DNA of 64,000 nucleotides from Octopus sinensis (lineage: Eukaryota). The notes beneath the pieces were generated by a model. That model was not told where the DNA came from and searched no databases. It saw nothing but the letters and a program-made list of their open reading frames with translations. The DNA is taken from assembly GCF_006345805.1 (NCBI RefSeq), contig NC_043001.1, forward strand, positions 20,274,001-20,338,000, written 5' to 3'. This document shows positions 51,845-64,000 of this stretch, one piece after another. The translations under genes were made by a program, and so were the position numbers. The first letter of the stretch is position 1; every line of letters begins with the position of its first letter.

Positions 51845-52175
51845 TGGTGGTGGTGGTGGTGGTGGTGGTGGTGGTGTTGGTGTGGTGGTGATGGTGGTGG
51901 TGGTGGTGATGGTGGTGGTGGTGCTGGTGGTGGTGCTGGTGCTGGTGAGGTGATGATGGTGGTGCTGGTGGCGACAATGGTGACAGTGGTGGTGATGATG
52001 TTGGTGGTGGTGGTGGTCGTCGTCGTCGTGGCGGTGGTGGTGGTGGTGGTGGCGGTGGCAGCAGCAGTGGTGGCAGTGGTGGTGATGATGGTGATAGTGG
52101 TGGTGATGGTGGTGGTGGTGGTGGTGGTGGTGGTGGTGGTGGTGGTGGTGGTAGTGGTGGTGGTGGTGGTGGTGT
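51845..52175. repeat. (GGT)n-based microsatellite
   Basis: Seen directly. Confidence 0.95.
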
Positions 52176-53193
52176 TAGAAGTAGTAAAATAACTATGAAT
52201 AAAAAATGAAATTTTAAAATCTATGCAAAAAAAAAAAGATCATGTATTTGTAAGAACAGTAACAGATTGAGGATTAAGAGAATTCAAGATAAAAAAAAAT
52301 CAGAGAGAACAAATAGTCAATCTTACAATCAACTTATTAGAAATCGCAGGCAAAGCTGGACCCAACTATTACTCAGATTTTTGGCTAATATCAACACATG
52401 TCTTATTAGCCCTGGAATAACAGAATTCAAAATCGACCTCAGCAGAACTTCAGCTCAACTTAAAACAGGGAGGGATCTGATTAAATAACACACAGCATTT
52501 TGTCTGGTACTGTATACAGTTTGTGAGTGACCCCTCAGTTTATGGCCACAGGGTATCTTTTTTTCTCATAAATAACAGGGACAATTTCATATGACATTGG
52601 AAATAATTGTTGTTGACAACGATCCAGACAAATTGGATTCACCTCAATAGACGTCATTGATTGGTTGAAATTGCCAAAATGCAAGAAATTAAAGAACAAA
52701 TAGCTTACAAACTACAGAAGTTTCTCAAGAAAGCCAAGAGAAAAATATGTTTTATAAACACATTCTACCAGTATATGAAGTTTAAAAGTGTTTAGTTACA
52801 AAGAAATTATTTTAAATATCTGCTGGTCAAAGCGAAAAGATCCCAGTTTGCTATTACACTGCCCTAACAGCAGAAGTTTTCAACCCCAGAACTCATGTAT
52901 TGAATCTCAGCTCAGTTATGTAAAAAAGGAAAGGATTCCTCAGCTTCTTGGATCATTGTCTGGCAATGATGGCAATGAGGATGAGGCAATTTCATTTGCT
53001 TCTTCTCTGTCTATGACTGAAGCTGCAACAAGTGGCGCTCTAAAAATCCAAAGATTTACCTATAGAGCTGCTGTTGTTGGTGCTCCTTTCTCATATTACC
53101 CTCACTCTCTTCTATACACAATCTCTCTCTTACTCTCTCTCTCTCTCTGATGCACACACTTAATCTCTCTGTTTTCTGTCTGTCTTTGTCTGC

Positions 53194-53270
<77 letters not shown>

Positions 53271-53279
53271 GTTTTCCCT

Positions 53280-54120
53280 ATTCTTCTATTCAGGAAACCT
53301 ACACATGTGTCCTAGCTATCACATATGTAGCAATTTGCCCTTCTGTGCTGTTCTGCCAAACTGGCCAACTTCGTAGAGTATGGCTCCAGGATAGACCAGT
53401 GGTCATTGAAAGTCATCAGGACCTAGAGATTCATACACCCACCTTTCCCTGCTGACCACATGTAATGAGTACAACAAGTCGACTCCACATTCACTATAAG
53501 TCAACACTGTTGCACGAAAGTTGCCACAGTCCAGGAGTCACCATTCATGCTAATATCTGGCCATGATCTTTGTGTTCTTGAGATCCATATACTACAGTAC
53601 CAGTCTGTGAGTTGGCATGTGGTTCACCAGGTTTATCTGAGCCCTCAATTAATTCTTGGTCTTAAAGACAAGATACGTGGTTCTATATCCCCAGCCCAAT
53701 TGATGGATCACATGTCTTGCCATTTCTGGACCAAAGTTTCTGCCAAATCTTCTTACAAGGGAATAATAGAAGCGCTGCTTTTTTATTTTCTAAATCAGAG
53801 GTCTACCACAGGTCTCTTTACGTTTCTTGAATAAATTTTGGGTGACAAGGAGTCCTGTCTTTTGTGATGCACCTTATCCATTCCTTCTTCTTCTCCTTGG
53901 GGTAGCTAAAGTCAGTGTGCTCCTTCTTCTCACACTCTTTGTCTAACATAATCTAATGATGTTGTTGTCACTAAATTTCATGTTTGTTTTTTAATTTTCC
54001 AGTCAAATTAATGTTTTCAACTCAGATTTTTCTTCTTTTTTCTCCAGTAAACAGTTTCACCTCAAAACCCTTTTAGCTTGAATTTTATCATTGTCAGTCT
54101 TTTGTTTGTTTTTCCATTTA
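53280..54120 (-). mobile_element. Heavily decayed DNA-transposon coding remnant (Tc1-like?)
   Basis: Broken frames with ETCGRP and LGWGYRTTY-like segments. Confidence 0.3.
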
Positions 54121-54504
54121 ACTTTTTTTTTAGAAAAAAAATGTTGGAGCTTGTTTACATTATGAACGATACTGTTACTAACACATGGCTATTTCTGAGG
54201 CCATTTTATGATGTGAATAACAATACCAACGACTTAAAGAAATTCTAAAAATAGGGAAAAATTTTAACAAGAAAATTAAATCAAAAGACTATATACTTGT
54301 AGTACTAATGGAATGCTTGTAATTAACTATGAAGATATAGTAATTTAGAGAGTAAAATCACTGCAAATGTTTTAAGTGGCAGGCCATGCTTTGGGGAGAA
54401 TGTTTAAAAATAGTAAAACTGTAGAATGATCGGATAGACTGGCAAAGAATTGATTTGTCAACATGTCACTACTTTGTCTTTGCAAACAATGTCCTCGCTC
54501 TTAC

Positions 54505-54561
54505 GATCAAATCAAAATGACAGCCTCTTAAAGTTGGTGAATTATAACAGTTATTTATTTC
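54505..54561 (-). CDS. IL17R-like exon (probable)
   Basis: cagacag|GAA...ATC|gtaaga, 57 nt, phase 0-0; EINNCYNSPTLRGCHFDLI. Weak pyrimidine tract. Confidence 0.55.
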
Positions 54562-54864
54562 CTGTCTGTGTAATATTTATTGAAAGGATAATTAATACAT
54601 TAGATAACATGTCAGAAATATTCAGTTTCATAGCCATGCATTTTTATGTCTTTCTACATCCTATTGCTAGGATTTTCAAATAATGGCTGTTGTCAAATAC
54701 TGACAGGATCAAAGAAATCCATCAAACACATGAGTTTTGAACAAACTCTTCTATGGCATTGCAGTGTTTTTCTAGTTTCCATGTATTTTTACTGCTTTCT
54801 GTCTTTGGATTGTGATCATATTGAAGCAATGCCTTTTGGATGTTTTAGTTAATCATATATTATA

Positions 54865-55204
54865 CTAGCAGTATCGCCCGGCGTTGCTCGGGTTTGTTTC
54901 GACCCTTTAGGATTGGAATTTTCGAAAAGTAAAAATTTTGCATTATGTAGCTTGTTATTCTCTTTAAGTGAACTGTAAAAAATATAGATTTTCATAGAAA
55001 AAAAGCACCTTTTTGATGTAAATAATTTTTGGTGTTAACATGGTCCGATTTGAATTTTATCTTCTACGGAATGAAGAGCAAGCCTTCTTCTATCATACTC
55101 TCAATTTGGTCAACTTGCACCGCAGGGTCTGGGAGGAGATAGTGTTAGTTGAAGGCTACCAAACCTGTCATACACAGACAACTTCAGCTTTATATATAGA
55201 AAGA
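54865..55204 (-). mobile_element. Non-autonomous Helitron
   Basis: cccgagcaacgccggg hairpin + gatactgCTAG end. Confidence 0.75.
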
Positions 55205-55329
55205 TTAACTCCAGTTCTTTGAACTGGTACTTAATTCATCAATAGGATGGGTTCTTCATCATAGAAAGATGTAACTCACTCATAATAATTCTACAAGGAT
55301 TTGTTTTTGCATTTTTTTGCATTGATTTA

Positions 55330-55480
55330 TTTGAAATATCTTGCCAATACATACATCACATCACATCTATTTTTAACAATCTATGATGCACTGTTTTCAG
55401 CCAATGTCTCCCAGTTATCCACATCTGTTTCCAAAGCTTCTATAGTATTTTCTGTGGCTTTTCCCCTCTGGTCAGCTCCC
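55330..55480 (-). mobile_element. RTE-like LINE C-terminal remnant
   Basis: IEALETDVDNWETLAENSA resembles the RTE C-terminal W-E-x-L-A motif. Confidence 0.5.
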
Positions 55481-55660
55481 CATAAAATAGATATATACAT
55501 ATATATGACGAGCTTCTTTCAGTTTCCATCTGCCAAATCCACTCACAAGGTTTTGGTTTAAGTTCATCTTATTTGATATAAAAGACATGATTAATAAAAA
55601 TGGGTATTGATTTTTACATTAAAGAAAATGTTTTAACTACAAAAATATTTAAATTCTTAC

Positions 55661-55785
55661 CACAGAAACGTTTGCAAAGGAAATAGAATTAGTCAAAGAA
55701 ACTTGGATATATGCCACTCCTTCAGGTATTTGACTAACTATGATTGCCACATTAGAGTTCTGGTAGAGAGTCTTCAGCAACAATC
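55661..55785 (-). CDS. IL17R-like exon (start of first FN3-like domain)
   Basis: aaatttttag|GA...GTG|gtaaga, 125 nt, phase 1-0; (G)LLLKTLYQNSNVAIIVSQIPEGVAYIQVSLTNSISFANVSV. Confidence 0.78.
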
Positions 55786-56796
55786 CTAAAAATTTAAGCA
55801 TAATTTATTAGAATACTTTTGCAAGATTCTTGCTGTGAATTCTTGTGTTTTGGGAGGGTCATTAAGTCAATAATGATAAATACAATTCTTTGCTGTTAGT
55901 CAACAGGTTAATATCTAACTAAAGCTCTAACTAATTGTTTGTTTAATGTGGTGGCTAAACTATCAATTGATTGTTTATTTGTCAAAGTCTTTTCACCCAT
56001 TCCATTCTCTTGTAAGCAATCATACATCTACATACGTACAGACAAGCATAAGACTAATTCTCAGACAGACCTCAAAGCAGTCTTTGAAAAGAGAGAGAGC
56101 ATGTCATTGATGTATTTGTGAATAGGACTTTGACAAGGAAACAACATTAAATAAATGATCAGTTAGTTAGTTGGTTAGATATTTAACCAGTTGCATGGCT
56201 GCATTCCAATGAGTGAAGCAAGTAAAAGATAAAAGATATATAAGGTATACTGGTTTCAAATTTTGACACAAGGTCAGTGAATTTAGGTGATGGGGTAGGT
56301 CATTTACACTGACCCCAGTGTTCAACTGGTACTTATCTTATTGACCCAGATGAAAGGCAAAGCTGATCTCAATAGAATTTGAACTCAGAACATAAAGATG
56401 AATGAAATGCCACTAAGCATAAAGAAGTGATATTGAACCAGTGCATGTGTTCATTATTATTGGAGTAATGACCATTCCAAACCACCACAAAATTTGAGAT
56501 GCATTTCATTTATTTATCAGTAAATTAGGTTATGTAACCTAATTCTAAGGTTTGAATTCTAAGTTGATTAATTGATATTACTTCATACCTGTATTTATTA
56601 TATATGTATGTTTTATTGTGTGTGATTAAGAAACTTGCTTCAGAATCATGAAATGCTAGGTTCAGTCTCACTGCACGTCACCACAGTCTTCTATGATAAC
56701 CTTTCGTCTACTCAAGACTACTTGAGGGGAACTGAGTGAACAAAAACAACGTAGAAGTCTATTGAATGAATTGTACTTATAACAAAGGACCAGCCT

Positions 56797-56839
<43 letters not shown>

Positions 56840-56848
56840 TACATGCAT

Positions 56849-56911
<63 letters not shown>

Positions 56912-57021
56912 CATGCACACTCAGACACACACTACATGCCTACACATGCACACAAAATGTCTACGTAAGGATTACATGGTTAAAAGGATGAGTGTCTGTG
57001 GAATACACAGCCATTTACTTT

Positions 57022-58020
57022 CATCATCATCATAATTTAACGTCTGCTTTCCATGCTAGCATGGGTTGGACGATTTGACTGAGGTCTGGCGAACCAGACT
57101 CCAATCTGATTTGGCAGAGTTTCAACAGCTGGATGCCCTTCCTAATGCCAACCACTCTGAGAGTGTAGTGGATGCTTTTACGTGCCACCGGCATGAGGGC
57201 CAGTTTGGTGGTACTGGCATCAATAAATAGTTTCTTTGAACAAATCCTTGGAATACTCAACATTGAAGCTGATACTAGATCTATTCAACATATATATGTA
57301 ATTTTGGGGCCTGAGATACTTTATATGTGGACCTCTCTATATATCTGCACACATGGGCTAAAACTGGTTCCTATTTCCACAAAGGTAGTAATTGTTAGGG
57401 CTATTTATTTGAAATAGAAAGTCATTCGGTCAGTCAGGTACATAACCTAATTAAATTCATCACCATCATCATCATCGTTTAATGTCCGCTTTCCATGGTA
57501 GCATGGGTTGGACAATGTGACTGAGGGCTGGCAAACCAGATGGCTGCACCAGGCTTCAATCTTGATCTGGCATAGTTTCTACAGCTGGATGCCCTTCCTA
57601 GCACCAACCACTCCGAGAGTGTGGTGGGTGCTTTTACGTGCCACCCGCATGGAGTCAGTCAGGCGGCACTGGCAATGACATTGCTCGAATCTTTTTACAC
57701 ATGCCACCAGCACGGGTGCCAGTAAAGCGATGCTGGTAACGATCACACTCGAATGGTATCCTTTTTTACGTGCCACCGGCACGGAAGCCGGTTAGCCACT
57801 CTGGCAATGATCATGCTTGGATAGTGCTCTTAATACCCTACTAGCACAGGGCTTGAGTGCCAGTAATGCGACGCTGGTAACGATCACGCTCGAATGGTGC
57901 CTTTTAAGTGCTACTGGCACAGAAACCGGTTGGCCGTTCTGTCAATGATCATACCTGTATGGTGCTCTTTGCACCCCACTAGCATGGACGCCAGTCATCG
58001 AATTTAATTTTGATTTTTGA
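57022..58020 (-). mobile_element. Two SINE type C copies (about 57022-57200 and 57462-58020)
   Basis: Similar to other copies. Confidence 0.8.
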
Positions 58021-58255
58021 TTTTGATTTAAATTAGGTTAAATAAATGAAATGCATCTCAAATTTCGAGTATCCAAATATGATGATATTTCAATTTCATA
58101 ATGTGACATACTTCAACATTAAAATATTTCAATAAAATAATTTTAGAATTAAGTAAAGTCAATTGTCAAATCAAAGTGGCTGCTCCCTGTTATTACAACT
58201 CGTTTAACCCCAGGCAGATCTTCCACCAGCTGGTCATTGGTGCAACACTGCATGC

Positions 58256-58666
58256 TTTTACTCTTTTATTTGTTTCAGTCATTTGACTGTGGCCATGCTG
58301 GAGCACCGCCTTTAGTCGAGCAAATCGACCCCAGGACTTGTCCTTTGTAAGCCTAGTACTTATTCTATTGGTCTCTTTTGCCGAACCACTAAGTTATGGG
58401 GACGTAAACACACCAGCATCGATTGTCAAGCGATGTTGGAGGGACAAACACAGACACACAAGCACATACACACACACACACATATATATATACACATATA
58501 CGGCGGGCTTCTTTCAGTTTCTGTCTACCAAATCCACTCACAAGGCTTTGGTCAGCCCGATGCTATAGTAGAAGACATTTGCCCAAGGTGCCATGCAGTG
58601 GGAATGAACCTGGAACCATGTGGCTGGTAAGCAAGCTACTTACCACACAGCCACGCCTACGCCTAT
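58256..58666 (-). mobile_element. SINE type B
   Basis: Full copy. Confidence 0.85.
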
Positions 58667-58781
58667 GTATATACAATATATAGATTGCTAGCTGGGGGTG
58701 TTCCATGTTACTACTAGTTTAACCCCAAGCAGATCTTCCACCAGCTGGTTATTGGTGCGACACTGCATGCTTTATATACAA

Positions 58782-59176
58782 CTAGCAGTATCGTCCGACG
58801 TTGCTCGGGTTTGTAAGGGAAATAACTATATAAGCATTTTTAGAGATGTAAAGTATAATAGCCATCTCAATATGGCTAACCACAAGGGGGGGTGTTACTG
58901 TAGCTTTTTGCATTCTGAGATTTAATAATAAATTTTTAGAGAGTTACTTCCCTTATATATGCCAAAAATGCATTAAAAATGGGAAAAATTGATGGTAAAT
59001 TTTTTTTTAAATCATAGACTCATCGAAGACGCACGCTAATACCCAGAAGGGCTCGATATGAATCACGACTATAAGATACCCGGTTTTGGTTAAACTGCAC
59101 CGCAAAATGTGGGAGTAGTTAGGAATCTAAATCGTAGGAGACAGACAGCACACAACCTTACTTTTATATATAGAGA
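58782..59176 (-). mobile_element. Non-autonomous Helitron with a different internal sequence
   Basis: Same CTAG/hairpin end and TC-tatatataaaag start. Confidence 0.7.
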
Positions 59177-59553
59177 TGTGTAGATTGCTAGCAGGGGGAG
59201 CAAACTCCTACCATCCTCTAGCAGACAACAGGATCACGAGACTGACTCAGTTTCAAGCTGGCTGGCTCATCCTCAACCATGAGCACCTGGTCACCACAGT
59301 GAGAGTTAGGATCTGCTCCAGCCAGCAATGTATTGTAAACAAAGTGACCGATTTGCAAAATCAGTCACTGATTTGCAAAAAGCAAAATAGCTAGTTGCAA
59401 AATCTTTAAGAAGGGATCAGAATAGTAATTATACAAACAAGTAAAGTCAATTGCCACATTAAAGTAGCTGCTCCGTGTTACTGCATGTTTAACCCCAGGT
59501 CAGTCTTCTGGCCACTGGTTATCAGTGTGATGCTGCAACTTTTATATACAATA

Positions 59554-60160
59554 TACAGGGTGTCCACAAAGTCTGGGTACATGGGGATTAACACATGTTT
59601 ATGTTATGATTTTATTTACTCCATGTACCCACATGGGCATTAACACATACTTTAAGAAATTATTATTTCTTATATTCAATTGTTTATGTTATGATTTTAT
59701 TTACTCCATGTACCCACATGAGCATTAACACATACTTTAAGAAATTACTATTTCTTATATTTAATTCTTTGTTATGATTTTATTTACTCCATGTACCCAC
59801 ATGGGGATTAACACATACTTTAAGAAATTATTATTTCTTATATTCAATTGTTTATGTTATGATTTTATTTACTCCATGTACCCACATGAGCATTAACACA
59901 TACTTTAAGAAATTATTATTTCTTATATTCAATTGTTTATGTTATGATTTTATTTACTCCATGTACCCACATGGGCATTAACACATACTTTAAGAAATTA
60001 TTATTTGTTATATTCAATTGTTTATGTTATGATTTTATTTACTCCATGTACCCACATGGAGATTGACACATACTTTAAGAAATTACTATTTCTTATATTT
60101 AATTCTTTATTTTTATGATTTTATTTACTCCATGTACCCAGACTTTGTGGACACCCTGTA
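59554..60160. mobile_element. Tc1/mariner-type MITE with an internal ~85-bp tandem array
   Basis: TA + perfect 29-bp TIR cagggtgtccacaaagtctgggtacatgg; about six internal units. Confidence 0.85.
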
Positions 60161-60355
60161 TATTGCTAGCAGGGGGAGCGAACTCCTACCATCCTCTAGC
60201 AAACAATAGGATTGCAAGACTGACTCAGTTTAAAGCTGGTTGGCTTAACCTCAGTCGCGAGCACCGGAGCGATAACCAAGGTCTGCTCCAGTCAGCAATA
60301 TATTGTCCTGTTGTCTGCTAGAGGATGGTAGGGGTTCACACATCCTGCTAGCAAT
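60161..60355. mobile_element. MITE with ~50-bp imperfect TIRs (tattgctagcagg...)
   Basis: Inverted termini visible; partial copy at 59176-59340. Confidence 0.7.
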
Positions 60356-60564
60356 ATATATTGTATACTAGCAGTATAGCCCAGCTTTGCTCGGGATTAA
60401 GTTAGGATTATTAAGCTAATCAAGCTCTTTATTTCAAAGCAAACTAAGTAACATCGACATCAAATTTGAGTGAAATCCGTTGAAATTGGTAAACTTTTGG
60501 CTGAAATTTTGCAGACAATTTGATTGGGAAATCCCATAAGGAATCGGTTTATTGATTTTTTTCC

Positions 60565-60835
60565 ACTCATTGTGCCAGCCTCGGCTGGCCTCCGTGCCGG
60601 TGGCACGTAAAAAAACACCATCCGAGCGTGGTCGTTCGCCAGCCTCATCTGGCACCTGTGTCGGTGGCACATAAAAAGCACCCACTACACTCATGGAGTG
60701 GTTGGCATTAGGAAGGACATCCAGCTATAGAAACACCACCAGATCTGACTGGCCTGGTGCAGCCTTCGGGCTTCCCAGACTCCAGTTGAACCGTCCGACC
60801 CATGCTAGCATGGAAAGCAGGCGTTAAACGATGAT
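60565..60835 (+). mobile_element. SINE type C
   Basis: Similar to other copies. Confidence 0.8.
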
Positions 60836-61286
60836 TGATTGTTTTTTTTTTCGTTTTTGGAGAACTTAAAGCAGTCAAAGATCCCATGAGTCCTAAGTAA
60901 TGCTGGCATCAAGTTTGAACAAAATACATCAAAATTGGTAGACGTTATGGTTGAAAAGAGTCAGATCTCTCCTTTCGAAAACATGGACAGTTTCAAAACA
61001 TTGTTTACAAAATGCAAATTTGTAAACACCCAGACATAAGTTCTGTAAGTGGAATAGAGAGATAAGCCTTCTCCTACAGAGATGTGAGAGTTAGATAATG
61101 GGTGCAGTAACACACGTAACCAGCTGGCAGAAGATCTGTCAGGGGTTAAACTAGTAGTAACATGGAACAGCCACTTTGATGTGGCGATCGACTTTACTTG
61201 TTAGTATAGTTACTACTCTGATCTCTTGTTGAGATTTTACAATTTTAGAATTATTTAATTTCAACTTCACAATTTTCAGTACTTAC

Positions 61287-61320
61287 CTGTATGACCTGTC
61301 TTTTCTTTCTTGGAAAAGCT
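61287..61320 (-). CDS. IL17R-like exon (short)
   Basis: ttctttttggaatag|AGC...CAG|gtaagt, 34 nt, phase 0-1; SFSKKEKTGHT. Confidence 0.6.
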
Positions 61321-61738
61321 CTATTCCAAAAAGAAGAATAGAAAAAAAAAAGAAAAAATTAATATAATGTTCCTTTATTCTTGTACTAATTTCTATCATA
61401 GAAGGGCAAATATTCTGGAGCATCACTCTCAATGGTTTTAATAGATGATATTGATCTATTAATAGATCAATATTAATATTGATCTATTAGATCAATATTG
61501 ATAGAGTAGAGTACTCTATTTTATCAGTAGAGTACTTATTTTATCAATCTCTATTTCTTTGGTTAAATTTATCTTTTAATGTAAAGGAATGTAACTCTTC
61601 AGATTTGCAAATTTTGTTTGATAAATTGATTTTACATGGATATACATGAATACATGTGAACATATTCATTCACATGTGTTCCCTATCCACTACATTCATC
61701 TTATAATAATAACAATAATAATAATAATAATAATAATG

Positions 61739-61799
<61 letters not shown>

Positions 61800-61801
<2 letters not shown>

Positions 61802-62058
61802 GTAGGTGCATTAGGCACGATAAAAAAATATTCAGACAAATACATAACAAAAACACCAGGACTTACAAACACATATAACATACAGAAAATTGCACTACTA
61901 GGCACTGCACACATGCTACGCAGAACACTTCCCATACAATAACCATCAGAGCATCACAACAAATCACAGCACATACCCAAGGCACACAGAGCTGCGCTCG
62001 GTAGTGAAGTGAAAGCACGCTATAAAAATAAAACTACTGAATAATAATAATAATAATA
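61800..62058 (+). mobile_element. R4/Dong 3' end inserted in an (AAT)n microsatellite
   Basis: VGALGTIKK...IQKIALLGTAHMLRRTL*, with (AAT)n on both sides. Confidence 0.8.
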
Positions 62059-62254
62059 ATGATAATAATAATAATTTTCGGTTTTTTTTTTTTTGGACAT
62101 TCACTAGTACAACACCAAAAAGACAAAAACAAATATATGGCACACTAGGCATAACAACAACATGAACTTCCAACCTGTTGTCTCTTGAGGTCTCTGGGTG
62201 AGACTTGGAGCCAACTTGTACAAATATAAAGCAAAAGTCAAACATATAATAATA

Positions 62255-62305
<51 letters not shown>

Positions 62306-62399
62306 TATAATAATAATAATAATGATAATAATAATAATGAAATTATTGTATACAGTGCTCAGGTGCACCACAACTTGTCAAAAGTGCATATAAAGCATA

Positions 62400-62785
62400 T
62401 GCAGTAATGTACAAATGTCTGAGAAGTGAACAGTGTATGAGTCAGATACATGCTTGCGTGTGTATGGAGGGGAGAAAATCAGGTGTAGTGTTGGCGAATC
62501 TCAGGAAGCATGGAAGTTTTGAAGGATGCAGTGCTCCGACAACTAACAACTGATGCCGGCAGTTTGTTCCATGCTTCAGCAACTCTTAACATGAAAAAAT
62601 GTTTCCGAAAGTCATGGGAGCTGTGCTGTTTTCTGACTTTGTAAACATGTCCACGGGTGTTAGACGGGTGGAGTTTTAAAAGGTGCTCAGAGTTATTGTT
62701 TGTAAGATGGTTAATAATTTTATGGGTGTCTGCCAAGTCAGCCGCCAGACGTCGGAGTTTCAATGTATCCATGCCCATTTCTAAC
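62400..62785 (-). mobile_element. CR1/L2-type LINE 3' fragment
   Basis: TLKLRRL..DL, TRGHVYKV, RKHFFMLRVAEAWNKLPASVV..STASFK. Confidence 0.8.
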
Positions 62786-63132
62786 TTTCTGTCACTTACC
62801 TTCTCGCTCTTGCAAATCCACCCATCCGACCTTTGCTCAATTATCTGACCCTGTTCTCTTGTACTTTGAGAATATGCTCTGACGTTTCATCTCTACTGTC
62901 CTTTCTCACTTTTCAGCAGGTATAACAATCTCCTCTACAACAAGATATCTGTTCCTGTCCCTCTTTCACACTTTAGTCTATATATGCATATTTTTGGTGG
63001 AGGATGTGTGTGTTTAGCAGAGGTATACAAAGAATATACTTTGAAAAAGACCATCGCTATTCTATATACTTCAGTTTGTTTCAAAGACTCGTAATAGTAA
63101 CAACTTAAATAAAGCTGCATGGATATGTTTAC

Positions 63133-63173
63133 CTTGGACGAAATCATAATGCAACTGAACCAACAGGATGATA
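63133..63173 (-). CDS. Possible upstream exon of the IL17R-like gene
   Basis: atatccag|TA...AAG|gtaaac, 41 nt, phase 1-0; (V)SSCWFSCIMISSK. Phase-compatible with neighbours but the acceptor is weak. Confidence 0.3.
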
Positions 63174-63264
63174 CTGGATATCACACCCTAGGATATCTAT
63201 GTGGTAGAAACACATGTCGGACAGAGTTTTAAAGAAAATACATTGTATATACAATTGTAATGGC

Positions 63265-63448
63265 ACGTATAAAGCACCCACTACACTCTCGGAGTGGTTG
63301 GCATTAGGAAGGGCATCCAGCTGTAGAAACTCTGCCAGATCAAGATTGGAGCCTGGTGCAGCCATCTGGTTCGCCAGCCCTCAGTCAAAATCGTCCAACC
63401 CATGCTAGCATGGAAAGCAAACGTTAAACAATGATGATGATGATGATG
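63265..63448 (+). mobile_element. SINE type C
   Basis: Similar to other copies. Confidence 0.8.
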
Positions 63449-63639
63449 CTTTGTTCATGTACAATTCACCATCCTTATTTTAATGCCTTGCACACACACA
63501 CACGCGCGCGCGCGTGCACGTATACAGAGAAATCAGGCTAAATTTGATGATTTTTTTTATGTCTCCTTTTTTCAGGAACAGCTGGATGTTGGAGAATTTT
63601 TATGACTTTGATCCCAATTTCTGGTCTCCTAATTCCTCA

Positions 63640-63820
63640 CTTATAATCCCTTGGATTACTATATGTAGAGCCTTTCCTTTCTTTGGCATACATCCGTCTC
63701 GAGAGACGATGGTGTAGCCCGGAAAAGGTGGTGGGTTTATCTGCACTTCCTGGTGTGGCTGTGCAGACCAATCATCGAGCGCAGTCTCTACCACAGAGCA
63801 CTGTTGAGCATAACACAAGC
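63640..63820 (-). mobile_element. Possible LINE APE-endonuclease remnant
   Basis: VVETAL...FPGYTIVSRD...KGKALHIVI resembles APE motifs. Confidence 0.4.
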
Positions 63821-63885
63821 TGCTCTGCCTGCAACCCTAAAGTTGTATCAAAGGGGTATCAAAACAGGGAAAAAATGATATTTAC

Positions 63886-64000
63886 CATCAGATATGACTA
63901 ACACACTTGCTCCTTTGACCCACAAGCTCATCAGATAATTGCCCTTTGCTAATGACTGTCTTTGTTGTTTATAATATTCCCAGGTGTATTGTATTCTATT
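63886..64000 (-). CDS. Possible upstream exon, cut by the window edge
   Basis: 38 open codons ending at GATG|gtaaat (phase 1); NRIQYTWEYYKQQRQSLAKGNYLMSLWVKGASVLVISD. Confidence 0.5.

Noticed and set aside
52788-53150. 120-aa plus-strand ORF
   Set aside because: No recognisable domain or splice support; ends in a (CT)n tract.
62870-62925. CTGAAAA...GAAACGTC hammerhead-like string on the minus strand
   Set aside because: Core G8 is lost and stems I and II do not pair.

Overview
AT-rich eukaryotic DNA dominated by repeats. The SINE, LINE and MITE content points to an octopus or other coleoid cephalopod genome; this is an inference and no database search was run. The main non-repeat feature is a minus-strand interleukin-17-receptor-like gene that I spliced by hand. 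Eleven GT-AG exons from 61320 down to 18121 join in phase without a stop (1722 nt, 573 aa + stop). They encode two fibronectin-III-like ectodomain segments, a Ser/Thr stalk, one transmembrane helix and a SEFIR domain. Two weaker upstream exons suggest the gene continues past the right edge. Introns and flanks hold dozens of tRNA-type SINEs of four kinds, fragments of R4/Dong, RTE and CR1 LINEs, a decayed full-length piggyBac, TTAA/hAT/Tc1-type MITEs, non-autonomous Helitrons, a tRNA-Ala pseudogene and many microsatellites. The most unusual signal is a Penelope-like non-autonomous repeat carrying an apparently intact type I hammerhead ribozyme (7519-7623, minus strand). A second copy has been turned into a near-perfect fold-back centred on the ribozyme's stem II, and a decayed G3-C8 hammerhead variant sits inside another inverted repeat. 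Exon boundaries were read base by base; repeat boundaries are approximate.
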